DNA of 63,328 nucleotides, filler included, from Rhabdomonas costata (taxonomy: Eukaryota): the NCBI GenBank assembly GCA_019059605.1. It is 54 parts of 54 records of this genome, joined end to end, with 100 filler letters (N's around TTAATTAATTAA, not from the genome) between each part and the next. Parts side by side here need not be neighbours in the genome. Positions count along the whole stretch, not along the records: positions 11,748 to 12,819 come from JAHMHO010029936.1; positions 12,920 to 13,994 come from JAHMHO010029937.1; positions 14,095 to 15,169 come from JAHMHO010029938.1; positions 15,270 to 16,344 come from JAHMHO010029939.1; positions 16,445 to 17,519 come from JAHMHO010029940.1; positions 17,620 to 18,692 come from JAHMHO010029941.1; positions 18,793 to 19,867 come from JAHMHO010029942.1; positions 19,968 to 21,043 come from JAHMHO010029943.1; 46 more parts are not named here. One strand, given 5' to 3'. Both the position numbers and the translations under genes were made by a program. The notes beneath the pieces are model-generated. The model had not been told where the DNA came from. It ran no database searches and was given only the letters and a program-made list of their open reading frames with translations. Below are positions 12,809 through 24,186 of this stretch, piece by piece; the stretch's first letter is position 1, and the number at the start of each line of letters is the position of its first letter.

Positions 12809-13471
12809 CCCCCCACACCNNNNNNNNNNNNNNNNNNNNNNNNNNNNNNNNNNNNNNNNNNNNTTAATTAATTAANNNNNNNNNNNNNNNNNNNNNNNNN
12901 NNNNNNNNNNNNNNNNNNNACTGTCGGCCACAAGCTTCTCAACCGACGCTCTACAACTTGGGTAATCTGGCGGCGAGCCCGCTTCCAACATGGGGTGCAT
13001 GGGGCCGGAAGACAGTCGAGGCCATTGCAGCATTGTCAGCATCGATGGTGCTCAAGAACTGCGCTGGCACGGGGCTCGGAACTATGCCCTGTGTGTGAAA
13101 CCGCTCCTCCTGTGAGTCACAACGTTCTGCGCGATGTGTAGGCACAGGTAGACGGGACAGAAGCCAGCTAGAGCAGCCACGACAAGGAACTGACCTGCAG
13201 TGCACCAGCGAGGACGCGCTGGTCAGCAACCGCCTGGTGAGAGTCCGAAAACTTTGGGCCTTCCCAACTCGCAGGACTCCAGATGCTCTCTTTGTTTTTG
13301 TGATACGCGCGCCGTCGCACTTATGTTTTTCTGCCCCCCACCACTCCATCTGCACGATTTTTTGGTCCGTTCTGCTTTGGTTGATTGAGGCTTTTCTCTC
13401 TTTGGTCCTTCTCTGTGCGCTGCCCCGCACTGCCAATGCTGCTCAAGTGCCCCGGGATTCTCTGCCACAAG

Positions 13472-13741
13472 ATGGCGGACCCCGACGCATCCTCCACTGA
13501 GGGGGAAGGCACGATTCGGGCCTGTGTGCAAGTCCCTTTTTGGCTTCTGGTGGGGCTCTTGTCCGTGGTTAGCTTGGTGGTCGTGGGGGTGGTCACATAC
13601 TTGCTGGTGTACATCCGAACAGGGGAGGCCATGGACAGCGTAGCGGTGAGCTACCGCCAGTTGGGCTTCCTAGCAGTGGAAAAGGAGGTGACCGGGATGC
13701 TGGGTCAAGTGGCTTCAATGACGAAGCTTCTGGGGATGCAG
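13472..13741 (+). CDS. Probable first exon of a membrane receptor-type protein (N-terminal TM helix, resembles receptor cyclase N-termini)
   Basis: caag-ATG start, then hydrophobic VPFWLLVGLLSVVSLVVVGVVTYLLVY and an amphipathic helix; possible CAG|GCAGCC donor. Confidence 0.4.
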
Positions 13742-14434
13742 GCAGCCACTGCGCCTATCGGTATTGATCTTCCTTGGCTCTTTTAGCCCCACCGATACCG
13801 ATGTCCGTGTTCTGCGATGCGCGACCTTCCCTAATGAGGTCCGCGGCCTGCTGGTGTCAGTACTGACCAACTCCCGCGCCCGCCGCGGACGATTTCCAAT
13901 GACCAAACAACCATTACTACTGGCCCCTTTGCGCACACATTCGCTCCAGTCTGCTGCCTCTGCCTATGCTGAGAGATAGCACGGCACCAACAACNNNNNN
14001 NNNNNNNNNNNNNNNNNNNNNNNNNNNNNNNNNNNNNNTTAATTAATTAANNNNNNNNNNNNNNNNNNNNNNNNNNNNNNNNNNNNNNNNNNNNTTTGTT
14101 GAGGCCGCGCGCAAAGTGTGGTTTGGAGGATGGGAGGGGGGGCGGTTGTGTTGGTGTTTCCAATGACTAAAAGCAGAAAAGTCTTTTTGAAGCTCTGAAG
14201 CTGCTTCGTGTTCGGACCCCAGTGGTTCTCGTCTGCATCAAGGAGCGTTTTGGTCTTCATCAATGTTCTGCTGTGGAATTATCCTGGGTAGTCGTCTTCT
14301 TTAATACGGACTGACCGATTCTCCTGCGGCTGGGCACCAATAGTATCAGCAGCCCGATGCTCCTACATTTTCCTTGTCTCTCTTGGGGAGTTTGTGTGGA
14401 GTGACTTGGCGTGGGGTGGGATGTGGCTCCGCAG

Positions 14435-15033
14435 GTGGCGCAGGATTACCCCGGAATCAAGCTTCAAGAGACCAACATTGACGCCCAGTGCATGCTTCTG
14501 GTGCAGCGGCCCCAGGTGCATTACCTCTTCTCCGAGGCGTTTCTATTCGCCTTTTTGCCGAAAAGTAATTAAAAGCACCCCTTTTTGCTCCAACTGCTTT
14601 TCGCCTGTCCTGAGGGAGTTAGGAGAAGGGAAGGTACAAGCGTAGTGCAGCCTGAAGGAGGCTGGGAGAAGGGAAGGTGTACAGCAAGGTGGGGAGGTTT
14701 CTAAGATGAGATGTGTGATATGTGTGTTGAATGCAGCGCTCTCTGACTGACATGGAGCTGATGTCTGCATCCTCCAGTGTGGACCCGGTGCCCAATGGGT
14801 CCCTAGCTGACGAAGTGTTGTGTGTCCAATGTGGTGAGCAAGCCTGCATCCATGTGTGTGTCCAAAGGACTATGGCGTGATTGCGACCTCCAACCTGTTT
14901 GGGGACATCCTGAGCGACTTGGCCTGCCAGCTGGTGGGAGGCCTGGGGTTTGCGCCATCCGCCAACATCGGCCCCAACTACGCCGTGTTCGAGCCCACCC
15001 ACGGCAGCGCGCCCACCCTGCCCAAGAACACTG
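14435..15033 (+). CDS. Isocitrate/isopropylmalate dehydrogenase-family enzyme, two exons (14435-14515, 14868-15033)
   Basis: [62 protein letters not shown]...FEPTHGSAP contains the family signature; GT-AG boundaries. Confidence 0.92.
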
Positions 15034-15353
15034 GTCTTCTTCGTTTTCTCCCCCACAATTGCTCCACCACTCACCTGTTCTCTCTGAGATCGCCAAAAGG
15101 TTCACAGGCTGTTGTCGCTGTTGTGTTGTAGGGTTTCATGTGTTTCAGGATGCCGCCTCCCCCCCCCCCNNNNNNNNNNNNNNNNNNNNNNNNNNNNNNN
15201 NNNNNNNNNNNNNTTAATTAATTAANNNNNNNNNNNNNNNNNNNNNNNNNNNNNNNNNNNNNNNNNNNNTGTTGGTGTGTTTGGGTGTGGTGTTTCGACA
15301 TGGCGGTGGTTGGGTCATCATCAGAAAGGCACCAACTCCACCTGCCTTGGACG

Positions 15354-15370
15354 AGTAAGTAAGTAAGTAG

Positions 15371-15403
<33 letters not shown>

Positions 15404-15419
15404 AGAGAGAGAGAGAGAG
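15354..15419. repeat. (GTAA)n followed by (GA)n microsatellite
   Basis: Directly visible. Confidence 0.95.
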
Positions 15420-15849
15420 TTTCAGCGAGCCCATCTTGATATAACGCGGTAAAATGCATCAAAATGAGCCCACCAGGCACAATAAGGTCTGCGCGGGCTC
15501 GAAGACACACCAAACACACGTTGAGACAAGCCCTTGTCAAAACGAGGGAGAGTGGTGTTAATGAGGTGATGGGGCCAGTGAGTGAGGAAAAACGAAGTGC
15601 CTTTTCTGTCGCCCAAGTGAACCGCCCAGAAAGACCGACTGAAGCGCCCATCAAACAGTGAAGGTTTTTTCAAATGACGAAGGATTGGGTGACCAAGCAA
15701 TGGGGCGGCGCTGCAAGTGAACGAAGGTAAAACTGTCCATTGCACCACAAAGCAGAGAAGAGCCACTCCTCCTTCGCAATTCGCGAACTTCCCACAATAC
15801 CATTGGACTGTATGGACTCTATGGAGGGACAGAGGGAGGGGAGACAAGC

Positions 15850-16029
15850 CTTGTTCTGCTTCATCGCAACGTCCTTCAGAGTGAGGGAGCCCTTCTGGGT
15901 CCCATCCCCACCCACAGTGAAGAGGATGTTGACGCCGAGCTTCTCCAGGTTTCTCAGCATCTCATCGGCGTACTTGTCTGGGGCATGGCCGCGGGAGGAG
16001 CCCAGAAAGGACCCCCCCATTTGGTTGAT
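15850..16029 (-). CDS. PFK: 6-phosphofructokinase (ATP/PPi-dependent family), internal exon
   Basis: INQMGGSFLGSSRG...LGVNILFTVGGDGTQKG; polypyrimidine-CAG acceptor; apparent AAG|GCTTGT donor. Confidence 0.92.
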
Positions 16030-16489
16030 CTGAGCGGTGAGAGAAAAGAGGCGCAACCACGCACGTGGCTGTTTGACTTTTGGAAAACAAGCAACAATAA
16101 TTTCGGGTCGAATTCCTGCTCTCCGCGATATGAGCGAACCCTCGGACATTTCAATCGCAGCGGACACACCGCGGGAAAGACGGCGACACTAAATGGCGGA
16201 TGACAAGCAGAGGATACTGTGCGGGCAGGACAAGTGCCTGTGACTTCAATTTTGCTCTGGGAGGTGGGCAATCGCTCGCCCCCTGATGAGACACCAGGCT
16301 GGGGTCCACAAAGCTTGCAAGCGGCACAAGTCAAAAAACAAAAANNNNNNNNNNNNNNNNNNNNNNNNNNNNNNNNNNNNNNNNNNNNTTAATTAATTAA
16401 NNNNNNNNNNNNNNNNNNNNNNNNNNNNNNNNNNNNNNNNNNNNGTTTGTTGGGTTGACTATTTAAATTATGCATATATATGTCAATTG

Positions 16490-17479
16490 ATGCTAACAAA
16501 TAAATATATCTATGAACTAATTTCATATATGCATCATGATATAAAAACAATGTTAATCAAATGTGCAACTATGATATTAAATTCTGGATCGACTATTTAT
16601 GGAGGTTTTTGTCGCGATATGCTCTTAGAAACTTATCAAAATAAAAAAGATTTATGTTCAGAAGTATGTCCCTTAGATATAGATATAAAAATGCCATATG
16701 ATCTTTTTGAATTAATATATACTATTTTAAAAGATGATTTATTAAGTGCAAGAGAAAAAAAGATTTTAATTAAAAGTAATGTTTGTTATTCATTTATTAG
16801 ATTATTTACTGAATATAATCATGATAAAGATGACATACAAATTATGAATGTTTCGATTATTCATTTATTTATGGATGATAATAATAAAAATTCTGTATCA
16901 ATAAATATTCATGATGCAAGTTTTTATAATTCTACATGTATACGTACAGTTATTTTATTCAATAGAAAATTTATTAAAATTGATATGACTCGTTCAGGAA
17001 TTGAATCCGATTTTAGTTGTAATTCTTGTTATATATTTAAAAATACATTGTTAGACAATCATCAAACAATGCATATTACATCAGAAGAATTAACTACATT
17101 TTTTAAAACAGAATGTAAATATACATATGACATCAAAGATCGTTTAATATTACATACTAATAGTGAATTTGATGATATTCTTGATATTACATTGCAATTA
17201 TCAAATCGTATTGCAAGATTTATGAATGTAATCGGATATCGATGTATATATTGTAATCGTTTTGTAATTAAATTAACAAGTGATCATGTTATTTATATGA
17301 AATATAAAAATAAACATACATGTTTTTTGTCTTTTGTACATAAACTTAGAAAACGAGCTCAAAAAATGATAGATAAAGGTTTCAAATTAATGATTATTCG
17401 TGAAATTATTGAATTTAAAGACATTGTATGGCCTACAGATTTTGTTTGGTCATGTGATTGTGGATTTAAAAAATATTAG
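16490..17479 (+). CDS. Intronless AT-rich ORF encoding a divergent class II nucleotidyltransferase (CCA-adding/poly(A) polymerase head-like); giant-virus-like
   Basis: About 329 aa with IYGGFCRD, DIDI and SDFSCN, corresponding to the GGxVRD, DxD and RDFTxN motifs. The contig is about 20-25% GC by eye, unlike the host contigs. The start codon is uncertain. Confidence 0.75.
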   Translation: MLTNKYIYELISYMHHDIKTMLIKCATMILNSGSTIYGGFCRDMLLETYQNKKDLCSEVCPLDIDIKMPYDLFELIYTILKDDLLSAREKKILIKSNVCYSFIRLFTEYNHDKDDIQIMNVSIIHLFMDDNNKNSVSINIHDASFYNSTCIRTVILFNRKFIKIDMTRSGIESDFSCNSCYIFKNTLLDNHQTMHITSEELTTFFKTECKYTYDIKDRLILHTNSEFDDILDITLQLSNRIARFMNVIGYRCIYCNRFVIKLTSDHVIYMKYKNKHTCFLSFVHKLRKRAQKMIDKGFKLMIIREIIEFKDIVWPTDFVWSCDCGFKKY

Positions 17480-17949
17480 ATGATCAAACAAAAATTCGAT
17501 CAATACTTGAAAAAAAACCNNNNNNNNNNNNNNNNNNNNNNNNNNNNNNNNNNNNNNNNNNNNTTAATTAATTAANNNNNNNNNNNNNNNNNNNNNNNNN
17601 NNNNNNNNNNNNNNNNNNNTGGGTCTTCCCGAGAACATCAGGAGGAATGAACATGTGCTTGGATTTCTCTCATGGCTTTTTGTTGGGGGGGGGGGCAGAC
17701 TTTTAGTATGCAGTCAGGTGATGCAGTCAAGCGGTCACATGAAAAATTACGATGTCCCAAAAGCTGTGAAGTGACGCAGCTCTGGCGGCCTGTGACTGGA
17801 GGGGCCTCTTTCCCGCCCGGACCCGGAAGTGGGATTTAAGATCGGGCAAATGCAGCCGTGTAGTCGTTACAGTTTAGGTGCAGTGAAAGCCAAAAGATGC
17901 GGTTAAGAATACTAATAAGGGTGAGGAGAACGACGAAGAGGGAGATCCC

Positions 17950-18230
17950 CCCTCCAGCATTTTTTCAGAGCAACCCAGAAATTGGCCAACGTACCGATGT
18001 CATCAAGAAAACTAATAAATCGATAAAGATCGATCGGTGAAGAAAACAAACAAGAAAGCATGCGTGTGCACAGGGGTTCAAGCCAAGTCCAACGGTTGGA
18101 AGGACGTAGGGACCTTTCCGGAATCACTGTTCATGGTTGAGTAATATAGTCGGTGATTTGTCGAAGCTCGCCAAAAAAAAAGCCTCGAGGGGCACGTCAA
18201 GAAAAGAAGTGAAGAAATGGACTGCAATTC
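17950..18230 (-). pseudogene. Possible degenerate reverse-transcriptase relic (DIRS/Ngaro-like)
   Basis: ...RWTWLEPLCTRMLSCLF...FISFLDDIG resembles the RT LPFG..SP...(Y/F)LDD region; neighbouring frames are broken. Confidence 0.3.
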
Positions 18231-20689
18231 AATGCCCCAAACCGGTAGGGACGCAGCCAACCCCTCTACAAGAAAGAGTTTTTATTGTGAAACACGCAGT
18301 ATAGCGCATTGTGTGTTTTTCTGTGAAACCCAACCTTTTAATTGGCACTAAACGCGAAGCCAACAAAAATCAAGTCCTGCAGTAGTCCATCAACAAAGAC
18401 ATCCACAAGACTCTGAACTGACACCAATAAGATTACACAGCGCCAACAGTATTCCACTGGGAGCCAGTTGTCTTGCAGCACTGACTATACGCCTTCGACG
18501 TGAGCGTTTCCGGCAACCGGCAGACGCCATGCAAGGCAAACAAAAGCTTCTAGAAGGCTCCAAAATCTCAAATCTCACATGAACCCCAAAAGAGGACAAT
18601 AACCGGCTCAAATCAGGCCCTATTTCGTGACCACAAGACCACAAGACTACAAGACTACAAGACAAACGGTGAAGGCTCGAGTGCGTATTTCTNNNNNNNN
18701 NNNNNNNNNNNNNNNNNNNNNNNNNNNNNNNNNNNNTTAATTAATTAANNNNNNNNNNNNNNNNNNNNNNNNNNNNNNNNNNNNNNNNNNNNTGGTGTTC
18801 TCCGCGCCGCACGCAGCCTGGCCCGCGCCACGTTGCCCCGCAGCGCGGAGAGCACCACCTCCGCGGGACCCCGGCCACTCCGATGCCCTCCCGCAGAAGG
18901 GGCTTCCTCCAACGAGCGCTCCTTCGTGTGAGGTAATGAGGGAAGTTCGCCGCAGAAACGGGAAGCAAGGAGCCACTACCAGTTCTGCAGGTGGTTCGAC
19001 TGCTAGTTATCTCAACATTGGCCAGTTCTCAGTCGGATCTGAGATCATCTTCCGTCTCTTGGAGATTTCCTTGTCCCTCACTCCCTCACATAGATGGGTA
19101 TCAGATGAGGACTCTCTCTATCTTTATCCAAGTCACAGTTATTCTCATTTTCGGTTGCGGTTTATGTGTGGTGAATCGCCAAAATCCCAAACCCTGAAAT
19201 TCCACATGGGCCTGTTGCTTCAGGTCACAGAGAGGACGAGATTTCTCAGCTTGTCGTTGACTCGTGGTATGATAAGCTCAACCTCAACTCACCTCTACCA
19301 AGGCACATTGGGGGGGGGTCCCTGTTGACAATTCCTTCCCAAACAATACCCTGCCCTGATGGACGATTGGGGCTCACTCACGAAGGAGCGAATCCATTCA
19401 ACCTCTGGACGGGCCACCACTGGACCTTCTCAGCTCAGCACAGGAAAGAAGAGAGGAGGGTTTTCACTGACAATTAGGGAGCGCTGGGTCCTCGCGAACC
19501 TGGACAGGCTTTGGCAGGGCTGGGGCGCCGGCAAGGGAGACTTCCGCAGGGCTGGCCATGAGGAGCTCCTCGTGGCGGTGCGCAGCTTTGGGACGTCCCG
19601 ACTGGGAGCCAATGCCCACGAAGTGCCTTCGGGAGAACCGCGAGATTACACGAGCGGCCCACTCTCGGCGGGCCTGCACAGGGTCCCCAGTAGGACAGAC
19701 CTGTGCGCCCACATCAGAAGGGTGCGCAAAAAGAAAAGCCCACACACAGGGGGGCGGCCAGAGGTGGGTCACAACAAACCAAAGACAAAACCTGCGTCTC
19801 ATACAGAAGACAAGAAGCACACAGACTCAACACTGGCGACTCGGACAGAAAATGTGCCACACCACCCNNNNNNNNNNNNNNNNNNNNNNNNNNNNNNNNN
19901 NNNNNNNNNNNTTAATTAATTAANNNNNNNNNNNNNNNNNNNNNNNNNNNNNNNNNNNNNNNNNNNNTGTGGTTGGTTCCTGCCTTCGGTGTTCTGGTGG
20001 GTTCTGGTTCCGGTTTTGGCCTTCAGTTTCATCCTTCCGTCGTTATCCGGCTTCCTTCGCTGGAGCAGTTCACGGTAGTGTTTCGTTGCATCTCTGTGTC
20101 GTGCTTGCGTGGGCTTCTGTGTGCGTTCCTTGGTCCTTGGTTCTGTGGTGCTCGGTTTCGTTGTCTGCGTTTGTGGTCCAACCTTGGCTTTGGCCAAGGA
20201 TGTGCTTGGTTTGGCGCACCCCAAATGGCCACGCAATTATCAGGTCGTGCAAAAAAATAGCGGCGCCATTACCAAGGGGCAGAGTTCATACTGGCACTTA
20301 AGCGCACCTATTACAAAGTGCGCCGCTATTACAAAGTCCTGCAAATTGCTAGGGATGCCGCACCGTCGGGTCTAACATTAAGGGCTTCACGGTCTTCCCA
20401 GCTGAAATGAGGTCTCCGTTCCCGGTCTTTCGGGTACTCCCGCACTCCTTGCTCTTACACTCGGAGACACTCGGAGAACGGCTCTGATACCCACGTGCGC
20501 AAGGAATTGCACGAACGCACTGTGGTGCATCTGGAGGCGACAAAGCTGATGGTCCACGGTTTCCCCACAGCTAGAGCACTTCTTCCCTCAGTGACAGCAT
20601 GAGCCACTCACAGACGAGACTGACAAACTCAAAGGGCAGGACCTTGAGTCGGAGGTCTATACAGGGTCTATACAGGGTCTATACAGGGT

Positions 20690-21043
20690 CCGCTTCAGTT
20701 CTCAACCGGTTGCTGCCCCTCCTCGAGGAAGCACTTTCACGGGTGGGCTTCCAGCTGAACAAGCAGGAAACGCTTGTGGCTTCGTCGTGCACAGTTTGCG
20801 GATTGAGCGCCCTGGAGACTGTGAGGGTCGTCCAGATGCAGGAACCCGGTGAGGGCTTCAAAGTGCTTGGCGTGCCAATCGGATCTACAGAATTCATTCG
20901 CAACGAGCTGAGCAGGGTGCAGACCCGCGTCAACCGTTTTTGCGATGGTGTCCTGAGCCTCGAGCACCCTCAAGCGGCTTTTCTCCTTCTTCGGATGTGC
21001 GGTGGGGCTTGCCGTGTTGTGCACCTCCTCAGGTCTACCCACA
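20690..21043 (+). mobile_element. Non-LTR retrotransposon RT C-terminal/thumb fragment, CRE-clade-like
   Basis: LSRVGFQLNKQET...GFKVLGVPIGSTEFI...HPQAAFLLLRMC...RVVHLLR is the typical post-YxDD region; the catalytic motif itself is absent. Confidence 0.8.
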
Positions 21044-21413
21044 NNNNNNNNNNNNNNNNNNNNNNNNNNNNNNNNNNNNNNNNNNNNTTAATTAATTAAN
21101 NNNNNNNNNNNNNNNNNNNNNNNNNNNNNNNNNNNNNNNNNNNCTTCAAAATCAGATGCCTGGTCGGTTTTGGGTTGCTTTCCATACCGTCCTTGTGTGC
21201 AGGGGTGAACAGTCCACTGTCTGTTGCATGACGGCTTGTCGACTTTTTGTTTTACGCCTGAATAGGTTACTCAAATCCACAAAACAGGTGAATTGGGTAT
21301 CGCGCCTTCGCTGCTGAGTGCCTTTCTTTTTCATAATGACCCGCTTCAGTCGCTCTGATTTCTAACCTGCTCAACCCTCCAGGGTGCCTCCCTCCCTCCC
21401 CCCCAATTCCTAG

Positions 21414-21689
<276 letters not shown>

Positions 21690-22320
21690 TAGCGGCATAG
21701 ATAGGATGCAAGTCAGACAGACTTGAGGAGGAGAGGGAAAGAGTGAAGAGCTGTAGTGGTGTGGCTTTTGCTTCAGCTTCTTGTTTTTCCGAAGAAGTTG
21801 AGAAAGTGCAGCCAGCGTGATGGGCCGGTTTTGGCTTCGGGAGTTTTGCGCAAAAGGAGTTTAAGTGTGCGATCTTCCTTCAAATGGACCCACCGCCTCC
21901 CTCCCTCACTTTCTCAAACGCACTGCTTACAAAATTGGCGCCCGCTTCCATCGTATCTATTGATCAGCGGAAAGTCACGTTTTTTTTTCGCCCAGGTGTG
22001 AAGGTGTGAAGCAGATGAAGCAGAGACCTTCGACTGTGCGCCACCTTCTTCTCGTTCGCCATTCAGGCTCACCCTCAACCTCCGCCACCGTTTCGGGACT
22101 GATGAGCCGCCGAAAGTGTTTTATCCAGTAAATGCGGTGACATCCCGTGCACCACCACGTAAGCCACTGCCCCTAAACCTCAGCCTTTTTGCTGGTCAGG
22201 TGAAGCACATGCTGCTTTNNNNNNNNNNNNNNNNNNNNNNNNNNNNNNNNNNNNNNNNNNNNTTAATTAATTAANNNNNNNNNNNNNNNNNNNNNNNNNN
22301 NNNNNNNNNNNNNNNNNNGG

Positions 22321-22637
22321 TTTTTTGAATTTGGCATCTTCAACTTTCAAGTGGATCATAATAAGGGAGAGTTCACTCGACGTGAGACTATCAAAGGCAA
22401 GGTACGTGTGGTCTCTGCACAAGGTATTGACGGTGCTTGGGGCAATCTCAAAAACTTCCTTCGGGGTCGTGGAGGATGCCCACCTGACCACCTGGAATGC
22501 TCTGTGAAGGAGTTCCAGTGTCGTTGGAACCTTGCTGACAACTCTGACCCTTTTTTGGCACTACTTCTTTGTATTAAGGATTGCTGTTTCCAGCGAACTT
22601 CTCTCTTATAAGGGGTGCGGATAGGTGAAGGTACGCC
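22321..22637 (+). mobile_element. Merlin / IS1595 (ISXO2-like) DNA transposon: transposase C-terminus and probable right end
   Basis: VDHNKGEF...VSAQGIDGAWGNLKNFLRGRGG...HLECSVKEFQCRWN...DPFLALL fits the family pattern VNH...F...HTNxIExxWxxLK...HLxxYxxEFxxRxN. Stop at 22611; sequence reading inward as GGCGTAC... ends at 22637. Confidence 0.8.
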
Positions 22638-23499
22638 TAATTCTTTTTGCCACTTGGGTCACCCGAGGAATGGGGATTCGGCGTCTTTGCGTTTGGTGGC
22701 TTCACCACGAAGTTGGAGCCACACTTGCAGCAGAAAGACAGGGAAGTGTAGGGGCTCGTGGCCATTTTATGTTGGCCTTTTGTTTACCTTTCTCGCTGGC
22801 GAATGAAATGGATGGGTCACCAACAGGACAGCTTCCGAGGGATTCTGATGCCTCCGTGGTGGCTACCCCACACGGACTCCACCTGGAAGGCGTTTGCCTT
22901 GGCGCAGTACTCGCGGGGCCAAGCTCAGGCCTGCGCCGCGCTGATGAGTGAGCTCCAGCACCTCGCTGGAGTGCCCGTCCGCGAGTCCCAGGTCGGGCTG
23001 CACCAGGTGCGGTGGATGCCGCTCGAGCCCCCGCGCCGCCGCGAATGGGAGCAGGAGGAGGGGGCCTACCCCGAGCAGCGCTCGGGTTCCAGGCGAGAGC
23101 CCTTTCGGACGAGAAAGTGAGAAACCCGTGAGGGATCGGCCTAGAGGGGGCGAGGATCGAAGGCACTCAGACTCAGCTGAGGCTCTTTTGTTGCGCTGTT
23201 CAAACCGGAGAAGTACCTGTGAATGCTTGCTGAGAGGTGCCGTGTGTTTCTTGACCAATCCTCACCATCAACTCATCAAGACTTATACCAATTGGGGCTG
23301 AAACCGCTCAACGTCCCTCCGATTTCGGTGCGAGATATCTTTGTCGCGGTCACTGCGGCCATCGTTGCAGCTCTCTGCTCAACACAACCCCACNNNNNNN
23401 NNNNNNNNNNNNNNNNNNNNNNNNNNNNNNNNNNNNNTTAATTAATTAANNNNNNNNNNNNNNNNNNNNNNNNNNNNNNNNNNNNNNNNNNNNCCAGTC

Positions 23500-23650
23500 A
23501 TGGATGCCTGTATCTCCAACCTGGCTGCTGAGCATATCATCGCTCCCTCGGCTTCCGATGACCCTGTCACGATGTCTCTCTTCCGGAAACCCAAGGACCA
23601 GGACACAGCCCGCGTCATCTGTGACTTTCGGCCTCTCAGTTGGCTTTACT
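23500..23650 (+). pseudogene. Short RT N-terminal-like fragment (DIRS/Ngaro-like)
   Basis: ISNLAAEHIIAP...LFRKPKDQDTARVICDFRPL resembles the F..PK....R.I.D.R.LN RT motif; the frame stops soon after. Confidence 0.45.
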
Positions 23651-23815
23651 TATTTCACCTTCCATCCGCCAAGTGGTTACCTTCTTAAGTCTTGGCATCT
23701 CTCCCAACAGGCGGCGGTTCCTTTGTACGACCTCGAGCTTGCCAAGCCTGTGGAGAACTTTTCACGCAATCTGTCGCTTCCCAGCCCTTCCCACGGCGGG
23801 GTGCTTTTGATTGAG

Positions 23816-24186
23816 GGGCCCTTCGCCCTGCACCCCGAGGTCGCCCTTCGGCTGCCCACCCACAGCCTCACCGCCAGCTGCAGTGACGGCGATCTTGCTG
23901 GGAGTGGGGACTGCAGCGGCGGGGAGGGCTCTGCGGTGGGGGTGTTCCGGGTGTACGCTGCCCCGCTGCCCTCGCTGCAGGTCGATGACCTGAGTTTCCT
24001 GTCCAGCGCGAAGCTGACCCTGCTGAGGCAGATCGCAAAGGGCGCGCTGAGCGGGCGCAAGACCGCGGTGCAGGTGCTTCGGCGATGGTATTTGTGTCGG
24101 AAATTTCTTGGGATTTCTTTCCCTGCGCATCATATCTTTGGACCAGAGCACCAACATGTCGTTTTTTCCCGCAGGTTGTGCACCGG
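23816..24186 (+). CDS. Unknown host protein: exon about 23816-24073 plus a 12-nt micro-exon 24175-24186
   Basis: CAG|GTGCTT donor; ttttttcccgcag|GTTGTGCACCGG|gtaagt. Confidence 0.55.

Noticed and set aside
15014-15040. Apparent non-conventional intron start after HGSAP (C|ACCCTG) in the dehydrogenase
   Set aside because: Reading on gives TLPKNT and a conventional G|GTCTTC donor at 15034, which fits the expected ...KNxANP continuation.
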